Under the pieces are notes generated by a model that was given only the letters and a program-made list of their open reading frames with translations, made no database searches and was not told the DNA's origin. Shown one piece after another: positions 52,140 to 60,614 of a stretch of 64,000 bases of DNA (the first letter of the stretch is position 1; each line of letters opens with the position of its first letter). Position numbers and translations under genes: made by a program. Location of the stretch: the NCBI GenBank assembly GCA_009377745.1, contig WHTK01000016.1, positions 1,328 through 65,327 of the forward strand, read 5' to 3'. The DNA is from Dehalococcoidia bacterium. Lineage in GTDB: Bacteria > Chloroflexota > Dehalococcoidia > DSTF01 > WHTK01.

Positions 52140-53407
52140 GGCACCACCTTACTTGTTTGAAGTTCATGAGGTTTGCGGCCGGCGACGGTGAAAGCCGCCA
52201 CTACTCCCGAAAGGATCGTTATCGCCGCCACGGTTTGAATCGCAATGGAGAAGCCGAGGGCGTCGGCCAGGATGCCGCCAAGCAGAGCGCCCGCAATGGC
52301 CCCAGCATCCCGCCAGAAGCGATAAACGCCCAATGTCGAAGCACGATGCTGCGGATGAACCGCGTCGCCGATGGCTGCAAGCAGCGTTGGGTAGACCATC
52401 GCCGTACCGATGCCTACCAGGGCGACAGCGAGCATCCACAAAGCGTAGGAATCGGCCGCCGAAGCCAGCCAGATGGCAAGTCCCTGGAGGAGCATCCCAC
52501 CTACGATCAACGGTCTACGTCCGGCCACGTCGCTTAGCCAGCCGGTTAGTAGCTGAAGCGCGCCCCACATCAAGGGATAGAGAGACGCCAGGATGGCAAT
52601 GCGCTCGATACTCAAGCCCTTGCTGGCGAAGAACAGCGGGAAGATGCCCCAAATCAGGCCGTCGTTGAGGTTGTTGACCAAGCCCGCCTGAGAGATGCCC
52701 CAGAGCCGAGGCCGCCGCCAGCTTGCCTCCGCGAATGTCGTTCTCAGGGGCTGTTGCACGGTCGGCGGACGCTGCGTGGCTTCCAACGCTACGAATGCGC
52801 CGGTGTCCTTGACCAGCAAGGTGCTTAACGCAAGGCCACAAGCGACAAACACCACACCCAGGTAGAAGGGCTCCGGTCTGAGTCCGTAGTGTTGAGCAAT
52901 CACACCGGTCATATATGCGGCAGCGGCCACCGCCATGTAGCCCGCTGCCTCGTTGATGCCGAGAGCGAGGCCACGCTGTCGAGGACCCACGAGGTCTACT
53001 TTCATGTTCACGGTCATCGACCACGTCAAACCCTGGTTGATACCTAGCAATAGGTTAGCCGCCACTATCCAGCCCCAGGCGGGCGCCCACATCAAGACGA
53101 AGGGCACAGGTAGGCCAACCAGCCAGCCTGCGACAAGAAGCCTCTTACGGCTGAACCGTCCGGATGCGTGGCCCGCGAAGAGGTTGGTAAGCGCCTTAGC
53201 CAGGCCAAAGGTCGAAATGAATGAGACGGCCGCCGTCTTGGACGTGATGCCGAACTCGCTCTCGGCGAGCAGGGGCAAGATGGTGCGCTCCAGGCCGACC
53301 ATGCCACCAACGCAAGCATTCACAGCGACCAGGAGGGCGAACTGATGCCAGTTCGCCCTCAGGCCGAGCTTCATTGCTCCGGAGACCTGTTCACCGGAAG
53401 TGTTCAA
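52136..53407 (-). CDS. MFS transporter
   Basis: VGGMVGLERTILP, GVYRFWRD; about 12 TM helices. Confidence 0.88.
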   Translation of the reverse strand: MNTSGEQVSGAMKLGLRANWHQFALLVAVNACVGGMVGLERTILPLLAESEFGITSKTAAVSFISTFGLAKALTNLFAGHASGRFSRKRLLVAGWLVGLPVPFVLMWAPAWGWIVAANLLLGINQGLTWSMTVNMKVDLVGPRQRGLALGINEAAGYMAVAAAAYMTGVIAQHYGLRPEPFYLGVVFVACGLALSTLLVKDTGAFVALEATQRPPTVQQPLRTTFAEASWRRPRLWGISQAGLVNNLNDGLIWGIFPLFFASKGLSIERIAILASLYPLMWGALQLLTGWLSDVAGRRPLIVGGMLLQGLAIWLASAADSYALWMLAVALVGIGTAMVYPTLLAAIGDAVHPQHRASTLGVYRFWRDAGAIAGALLGGILADALGFSIAIQTVAAITILSGVVAAFTVAGRKPHELQTSKVVP

Positions 53408-53447
53408 AGGGCAGGCTCCGCCTCATTCGACTTCCCGAATGGCATCC

Positions 53448-54070
53448 TTAGACTTCGGTCAAACGCAGATATGGCTTCTCCTGCCGGTAGCCCTGTGGGA
53501 AGAGCTTGTCTGCTTCTTCGTTAGAGACGGCGGGGAGTATGACGACCTCGTCGCCGTGTTGCCAGTTGGCGGGAGTCGCGACGCGGTGGGAGTCGGTAAG
53601 CTGCAGCGAGTCGATCACTCGGAGCAATTCGTCGAAGTTCCGGCCGGTCGAAGCCGGGTAAATCAGCGACAGCCGGACGATTCCCTTTGGGTCGATAACG
53701 AAGACTGACCGGACGGTGGCCGTTGCGCTCGCCTGTGGATCGAGCATGTCGTAGAGCTGGGCGACCCGGTCGGAATCCGCGAGCAAGGGAAATTCAGGGC
53801 ACTCTTCTGCGTCTCTTCAATGTCCAGAGCCCACTTGGAGTGTGATTCGAGCGGATCAACGCTGAGGCCAATTACCTTAACGTTGCGCTTCTCGAACTCG
53901 GGCTTGAGCCGCGCCACCATGCCGAGCTCAGTCGTGCAGACCGGCGTGAAGTCCGCCGGGTGCGAGAAGAGTACCGCCCAGCTGTCTCCCTGCCATTCAC
54001 GGAAGTGAATGGTCCCTTCAGTTGATTCCTGAACGAAGTCAGGCGCGTCACTACCGAGTCGTATCGTCAT
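53448..54070 (-). CDS. 1-Cys peroxiredoxin (Prx6), frameshifted near 53790
   Basis: FSHPADFTPVCTTE; GRNFDELLRVIDSLQL. Confidence 0.88.
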
Positions 54071-54148
54071 TTTGATCCTCCTACTGTTGCTTGAGCTAAC
54101 AGCCGTACCAAGACGCCGAAGAGTCTGTTGAAATCCCTGGCCGAGTTT

Positions 54149-54960
54149 CTACGAGGAACCCTCCGGGCGCTTGTACGCACTAAACGTGATCCCACGTGTC
54201 TCGAATTCTGCAGCGTCTGACTCGTGCTTTGAGCCTGAAAAGACGTCTACTTCCTGACCCCAGCGGACGTTGCTAAAGCCCGTGTGGTCCAGTACCCACT
54301 GCCACTCTGCATACTGCAGAGCGCCCGCGATTCAACCAGACCAGAGCTCGATGTCGTCTCTGGCGCTCTGTGGCACGGGCAAGTGGACGATGATATCGGC
54401 GATTCGGAACCGGCCGCCGGGCTTGAGCACTCGCCAGACCTCGCGCATGGCCTGCACTTTGTCAGGGGTTAGGTTGATGACACCGTTGCTGATGACGACG
54501 TCGATGCATGAGTCCTCAACCGGTAGCGTCTCCAGGTAGCCAAGGCGCGCCTCGACATTCTTCAGGCCCAAGTCCTGGGCACCACGAAGCGTCTTGTCGA
54601 GCATCGCTGGCGTCATGTCTACGGAGATCACGCGGCCTGTATCGCCCACCTGACGAGCCGCAATGAGGGAGTCGAAGCCAGCACCGCAGCCGAGGTCAAG
54701 AACCACTTCACCGCGCTTGAGCTTACCCATCAGGAACGGATTACCCGTGCCGGCGAAGGAGTCTACCGTGCCCTGAGGTAACGCATCGACCTCGGCATCC
54801 GCATAGCCAGCATTCGAGCCAGCGAGCGTCCCGTGTGGAAGTGAAAGCCATGGCCTGGGTCTAGCGCCACGTCCGTGTACTTGGCCTGGATCTGCTGACG
54901 CAGGTCGTCTCGATCTACGGCTGCTGGCTGGACCCCGCGTTCTGTGTCCGTCATCTGCAT
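54149..54960 (-). CDS. ArsM-like SAM methyltransferase, probable selenoprotein (TGA at 54332-54334); frameshift near 54810
   Basis: FAGTGNP, VLDLGCGAGFD, ISNGVINL, LWSG*IAGAL; the frame stays open to TAG at 54149; hairpin downstream of the TGA. Confidence 0.78.
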
Positions 54961-54963
54961 CTC

Positions 54964-55221
54964 CTATTGGGATCTTTCAAATACAGGGCTCGGTTCGTCG
55001 ACTTGTTGGTGTTCACCCGGCCCTTGATTGCTGACGACCTCACGCCTGCGGATGTGCTGTCGCAGTGTGCCGTAGAGCTCATGGCCGAAGCCCTTGAGGT
55101 TGTAATGAATGCCGATATGGTCTGCCAGTTGTTCGACTACCTGCTCAATCGTGTCGGCCTCCGCCGAGAAGCTGCAGTCCTGCCACCCTACGTCTCGGCA
55201 ATCGATGTAGTACTTGCTCAT
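54964..55221 (-). CDS. DUF1059 family small protein
   Basis: IDCRDVGWQDCSF...HIGIHY. Confidence 0.75.
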   Translation of the reverse strand: MSKYYIDCRDVGWQDCSFSAEADTIEQVVEQLADHIGIHYNLKGFGHELYGTLRQHIRRREVVSNQGPGEHQQVDEPSPVFERSQ

Positions 55222-55394
55222 GTCTCTGTTCGGCCCTCCTTCTAGAGGATTCGCAACAACAAGGTCCCGCCAAGACGGCGACAGCAGAGATTTTCCTAAC
55301 GTCCGGGAATGAACACTGAAGCTCCTAGCCCTTTCGAGACGAGGACAGAGGCGCCGGAGATGTCGCTCGCGGCGCCGCCATCCGCGCGATTGCT

Positions 55395-56222
55395 CTAGCG
55401 CGATACCGTGACCCGCAAGAAGGTCGCAGGAATGGACGTCGTGTTTGGGCTGGTGCTTCTGTTCTGTTCCTTGAACAGGTCCTCGAGCTCCGTTTGTAAC
55501 TCGTCTGCCCGTCCGTCCTTTTCTGCAGCCTCGAACGCATTCATCGTCGGGCCGTAGAAAGTCCGGAAGGCGGCGACGAAGTCGGCGGGCGAGCTGGGGT
55601 AGTTGAACGTGTAGGTGTCTCTCTCACAGGAGATCTGCTCCTTCGAGATACCCGCAGCGCCAAAGCGCTCGACTACGTTGCTTTCCACGCCCCAGGTCAT
55701 CGGGCTGATGGTGCCTTCCGGCGGTGGTGGCGAATAGGAGGAGCTGATCCTCAGGATCTGTGCGACCAGCGTCGGGTCGTTGGGGATCCAGTTTCCCATG
55801 ACAATGCGGCCGCCTGGCCGGGTCACGCGTACCATCTCCCTGGCCACGTCGAACGGCTTGGGCGCGAACATGGCGCCGAAGATGCTCACAACGAGGTCAA
55901 AGGAATCGTCTTGCAGGTCCCGCAAGTCTGTCGCGTCGCCTTGCTGGAACCTGCAATTCGTGAGGCCCATTGCCTCGGCGCGCTTGTTGCCGGCCTCGAC
56001 GAGGTTCCTCGCGATGTCGACCCCCAAAACAGCCGCGCCGAGCTTTGCTTCGGGGAAGGCAGTCGTCCCGTCTCCACTGCCGAGATCGAGGACCCGAAGC
56101 CCCTTCGTGATGCTGAGGCCCTGCACGAGCGCTTCGCCGCTCTCGCGCATGCTCTCCGCTATGCGTGTGAAGTCGCCCTTCTCCCAGAGGGCCTGGTTAG
56201 CGTTGATCTGGTTCGTTGTCAT
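55395..56222 (-). CDS. Class I SAM-dependent methyltransferase
   Basis: WEKGDFTRIA, VLDLGSGDG, SIFGAMFAP, RPGGRIVMGNW. Confidence 0.9.
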   Translation of the reverse strand: MTTNQINANQALWEKGDFTRIAESMRESGEALVQGLSITKGLRVLDLGSGDGTTAFPEAKLGAAVLGVDIARNLVEAGNKRAEAMGLTNCRFQQGDATDLRDLQDDSFDLVVSIFGAMFAPKPFDVAREMVRVTRPGGRIVMGNWIPNDPTLVAQILRISSSYSPPPPEGTISPMTWGVESNVVERFGAAGISKEQISCERDTYTFNYPSSPADFVAAFRTFYGPTMNAFEAAEKDGRADELQTELEDLFKEQNRSTSPNTTSIPATFLRVTVSR

Positions 56223-56423
56223 TGACGTACTCGCTTTCAAGTTGCTAGGCACTTTGTCGTCTGTTCGGGATGCTCTACCCGGCGCTCTGTGTGGGTCATC
56301 TGCACCTCACGCAACCGAGGATGCTGGATCCGCCAGCGGGATTTGCCGGCATTCTGGATTCGCTGCTTCATCCTCGAATATTGACTCTGCGGTCAATGCT
56401 TTCAGGTATAAGGCTCCTGCTGG

Positions 56424-56715
56424 TCAGCTCTTAGCGCTGCTCTTTCTCTTAAGGACGAAGCAGGTCGCCGCGAGAAGGACGACGGTAAAGGCAGTCATAA
56501 TCAGCCAGGTCTCGATTACTGGGCGTGAGAAGCTATCGCCGTACTGAGCAAGCAATGGCGGCCCCAAGGGCGAAGCGCCATTCGCGAAAAACTCATTTAG
56601 ACCGACGCTGTGACCCAGGGATTCAAAGGACCAGCGGTCGGACATGAGGACGCTCGTCGCCTTGCCAATGAACGCCATGATCGGGACCGGCAGGATGGCA
56701 CCGGAGAAGAGCGCT
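56424..56715 (-). pseudogene. ABC transporter permease C-terminal fragment
   Basis: SDRWSFESLG...WLIMTAFTVVLL; fused to the truncated module 5. Confidence 0.55.
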
Positions 56716-56834
56716 TAAATTGGTGTGCCGAACGAGAGCGCCTCTCGAATGACCGAAGCGTCGCCAATACGCTAAGCTGCAGAAGAGTTCGGGTCTTCCC
56801 CCGGCTCGCGGAGCCAACATAACATATTTGTGCT
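56716..56834 (-). mobile_element. Repeat module 5 (truncated)
   Basis: GSASRGKTRTLLQLSVLATLRSF; CCGGCTCGCGGAGCCA then ACATAACATATTTGTGCT. Confidence 0.7.
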
Positions 56835-57397
56835 AATCGCAGACGATGCCTAAGAACCTTTGAGATAATCAGCATCGAAAGAACGCCCCAGCGACTGGGC
56901 TGGAAGTGACCTGGGCCCGTCTACACGCGAATCATCACTGGTGGTCAGGAGATCGCAGGAGCCAGCCCAATTCCGTTCCGCGAGAGGCTAGAACCTGAGC
57001 GGAGGCTGGAGCCTTCTCACTCAGCTCGATGTTCGCGCACCAGCGACCGAATTTGAATTTGATCGCCACCAGTCTGGGAAAAAGACTTGACTTCCAGCCA
57101 ATCTGTCACATGTTGCGGCCATCTTTGGTCGATGCAGCCGCAAGCCTTCTACAGGATCGAAGGGATGTCCGGTCAATTTGCTTCGGGACCCGATTCAGCC
57201 TTTGGCGAATGCCACCGCTGCGAACTCCATCTTGCGCAGGACTCACATCCATCCTGCAAAATAGGACGATCAAGTTAGGAGTTTCCGCTGACGGCTGCTT
57301 GGCTAGATGTAATTCCCACGAAGGTTGTTGACAGGAGGAGAGCAGAGCCTGCTGGCTGATAGGTGTCAGCCAGATCAACAGCAGGAGGCTCTCCCCC

Positions 57398-57735
57398 GTG
57401 ACTCATCGTAACGCTCGGCTCACCGTCTACGGACGGCATCTCATTGTTCAGCGCCTGGAGCAGGGCTATACGCAGGCGGCAGCGGCCGCCGCAGCGAGTG
57501 TCTCACGTAGCACCGTAGCCAAGTGGGCCAAGCGCTACCAGACTGAGGGGGGTCGCCGGCCTCCAGGACCGCCTGAGCCGGCTCACGCACTGCCGACATG
57601 CGCTGCCCGAGCACGTCGTCGCTGCGATCGTCCGCCTCCGGGGCGAGCTCGGCTGCGGGCCTCATCGCATTGCCTAGCAGCTCGGCCCCCTGCCTCCACG
57701 GTTTATGGGGTCTTGCGTCGGGCCGGTCTGAGCGT
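57398..57735 (+). mobile_element. IS481 family transposase remnant
   Basis: THRNARLTVYGR...KWAKRY...STVYGVLRRAG; frameshifted, no DDE domain. Confidence 0.8.
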
Positions 57736-57934
57736 CCACGTCGACGCTCCTGCAGAAGCCGTCGCAACGCTGGAGCTCGAAGCGAGCCACCTGTCGACCC
57801 AGCACAAAGCAGTGCCGTGAGTGCTTCTGTGAGACCCCTCGAAGCCGGCGCTGCGCATTCCGTGCATCTGAACAGGCTACAGCCGGTTCAATGCCGTGAG
57901 GCAATTGGCCTCCATAAATGGAGGTCGCAAAACC

Positions 57935-58465
57935 TTATGAACTTGCATTTGGCGTAACACGCGGCCTAGGCTTGGCCGCCGCCGCGACAGGGTGCGTCTG
58001 ATGAGATTGGCGCTCAGTCGCGCAGTACGGACAGGCAACCCAGTTTGTCCGTATAGGACGCGAGCAGTTCCTGCAAGGCTCGCGGAGGGGGATTCTGCAA
58101 TGAGGGCAGACATTAAAATCTTGATCGACGCACGCGTAGCAACTGTGGCAGGCGTTCGAATCGACTTGGATCTCATGGAGGATGGCTTCGGTCTGGAGCC
58201 ATCGCTCATGGGCCTCGGCGAAAGTTTCCTGGGGCCGTGTCACTAAATAGATGACCAGGCCGGGTAGATTAAAGAGGCCGACTAAGAGCACGGCGACAGC
58301 CCGCGAGAGTGAGTCGCCCGTACGAGTGCGCACATCACGATAGGTCCATACGACGGCGCTGACCCAGAGGACGCCTGTGTAGGCGGCGAGCAGCACTCCA
58401 ATGAGCTTGAGCGCGGCTTCCAGATTGCCGCCTAGTCCAGTGATGAGGAGATCATGCATTCCCAT
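57935..58465 (-). CDS. Membrane protein with a double zinc ribbon
   Basis: Two TM helices, then CHSC, CPHC, CRNC, CPYC. Confidence 0.8.
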   Translation of the reverse strand: MGMHDLLITGLGGNLEAALKLIGVLLAAYTGVLWVSAVVWTYRDVRTRTGDSLSRAVAVLLVGLFNLPGLVIYLVTRPQETFAEAHERWLQTEAILHEIQVDSNACHSCYACVDQDFNVCPHCRIPLREPCRNCSRPIRTNWVACPYCATERQSHQTHPVAAAAKPRPRVTPNASS

Positions 58466-58782
58466 TGCTTCATCTCTAACCGGCCGAGCACCCTGTTCCA
58501 TTGCCCGCATCCAGAAAGACTGCAATCATGTCTGGCGACCGAGTTCATGCAGGAGACCTTCAGACGGCCATTAGATCCGGCGATAGCAGTCGGCATCATC
58601 GTGGTGGCGTTCTGGACGCCTAAGATTCGCCTGCCCGGTCGGCTAGCTCGTCCCTCTATAGCGATCCACACTTCGGATCGGCGCTCGGCAGCCAAGGACG
58701 GCGCTACGAAGCAAGCTCGCATTGACATGCCGCCGGATCCCAAGGTGAGCACGGGGAACGGATCCCTCGTCGTCCAGCATCC

Positions 58783-59532
58783 TTAGGTCGATTCAGCCGG
58801 AGCACTTATAGGCGGCGCTTCGACTACATCTGAAGAAAAGAGCCACATGTAGGCGACGCCTCCAACGACGGCACCGAGGATTGGAGCCAGCCAGAAGAGC
58901 CAAACCTGCTCTAGGGCTTCTCCACCCACGAAGAGCGCTGGACCCAGGCTACGCGCTGGGTTGACGGAGACGTTGGTAACAGGAATCGCGATCAAGTGAA
59001 TGAGAGTCAACCCAAGGCCTATAGCTAGGGGCGCAAAGCCGGAAGGTGCGCGCTTATCGGTCGCCCCCATAATGATGGCCAGGAAGAAGAAGGTCAGAGC
59101 AAACTCCGCCACGAACGCCGCTAAGAGCGAATAACCTCCTGGAGAGAGATTATCGTAACCGTTCACAGCGAGGCCGTTCGGTGCCAAATCAAATCCTGGT
59201 CTGCCTTCGGCGATAACCAGGATGAGACCCGCCGCGAGTATGGCTCCTCCCACCTGACACACGATGTACGGGGCCAGATCTGAGGCAGGGAAGCGCCTTC
59301 CAACCCACAGGCCAATAGAAACGGCGGGGTTTAGATGGCAGCCAGAGATGTGGCCAATAGCATAAGCCATCGTCATCACTGTCAGGCCGAATGCCAGCGC
59401 TACTCCCAGAAGACCGATCCCTAGGGTGTTCGCCTCATCAGGGAAAGACGCCGCTAAAACAGCCGCTCCCACACCGCCAAAAACAAGCCAGAAAGTGCCG
59501 ATAAATTCTGCGGCGCATCTCTTTGTCAGCAT
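58783..59532 (-). CDS. aqpZ: Aquaporin Z
   Basis: [11 protein letters not shown] and SVNPARS. Confidence 0.93.
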   Translation of the reverse strand: MLTKRCAAEFIGTFWLVFGGVGAAVLAASFPDEANTLGIGLLGVALAFGLTVMTMAYAIGHISGCHLNPAVSIGLWVGRRFPASDLAPYIVCQVGGAILAAGLILVIAEGRPGFDLAPNGLAVNGYDNLSPGGYSLLAAFVAEFALTFFFLAIIMGATDKRAPSGFAPLAIGLGLTLIHLIAIPVTNVSVNPARSLGPALFVGGEALEQVWLFWLAPILGAVVGGVAYMWLFSSDVVEAPPISAPAEST

Positions 59533-59697
59533 CTGTCACCTCTCCTTTCTCATGCCAGGACTTGCCTATGCCCCAATGCTCGCCATAATCACACAGCAGA
59601 CTTCACTGATACCTTTCCGGGACTTAAGTCATACGTTGCTTGTCCAGTCAACTCGTTTCTGGTAGCGCACAGTCTTCAAGATCAGCACCTCCTTGAA

Positions 59698-59904
59698 TTA
59701 GTTAGTTACAGGACCGTCTAGCTCCTCTTTTATAAAGATCCAACCATCTTCCGTTCGTGGATCTTTGTGGCCGGCCTTCGCCTCCACTCTGCCACATTGT
59801 GAACATATTCTGATGAAGACCACGGCGTTCAAGCGTTCCTCAAAACCACGCAGTCGATCCCACGTGTGAGGGCAAGTATTCTCCGAAGATCGTTCTTCAA
59901 CCAA
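59698..59904 (-). CDS. Small hypothetical protein (CxH...CxxC)
   Basis: CPHTW...ICSQCGRVE. Confidence 0.5.
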   Translation of the reverse strand: MVEERSSENTCPHTWDRLRGFEERLNAVVFIRICSQCGRVEAKAGHKDPRTEDGWIFIKEELDGPVTN

Positions 59905-60614
59905 GATGACACCTGTTTTTCCTTCACAGAGGTGACGCCCTCATGTAAAGGAAGTTCCACTAGATCTGCAGATTGATCAACTCTTACTGGTTCAGTCTGT
60001 TTCTTTCGATTTAGTGGGGCACTCTATTGAACGATCTATTTCTGGAATGCTTGCTCCGGAGCGCACCAAGGGACACCCTGATGTCCTTCTACGGATAGCA
60101 GGCGGTACTGTCTCTGGGCCAGGTCGCCGGCCAAGAATTCTTCGGATTTCCTTCTCCAGGCGGAAGAGCTGACGCCTTCTTTGAAGGAACACTGGCATTC
60201 ATCTCCTTTCTCGATTACTTCTGCAAAGGCGTACGCTAGTAGAATTGGCTGTACCTTCCCTGTGTCGTGGTACGCAACTTTGCAACAAAAGGCCTCCATA
60301 ACCGCCGACTTGACCTTGGGTTCGAGCCATTCGTAAGGAGTTGACGTTGCATTGCCAGAACTGTGTGAAGGCCATGATTTCGGTTTTGGTGATCCGTGCT
60401 CGGAGAGCCTTGGAGGCCCGCTTGTACGTAGCACTTGACCTCCTGACACGCCGTCGACGCATTATCGGAGGCAGCGTGTCAAGGCCTGGCCGATGGCTTA
60501 GGATTATTTTTCGCCAGAATAGTCGACGCTTTAGAAGTAACGTTTGCATCCTATTTCCTGTCTCCTAGGTGGCTTTCTTGAGGATCTCTGGAGCCACGTG
60601 ACTGTACGCGTGTA

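Noticed and set aside
7349..54960. Single-base frameshifts in otherwise intact genes (near 9070, 10800, 40740, 52040, 53790, 54810) as programmed frameshifting or phase variation
   Set aside because: They are scattered across unrelated genes, some at short homopolymers, with no shared slippery motif. Sequencing indels or early decay are simpler explanations.
23506..56834. Repeated modules as a CRISPR array or IS copies
   Set aside because: Spacing is kilobases, there are no cas genes, and no transposase motif or terminal inverted repeats were seen.
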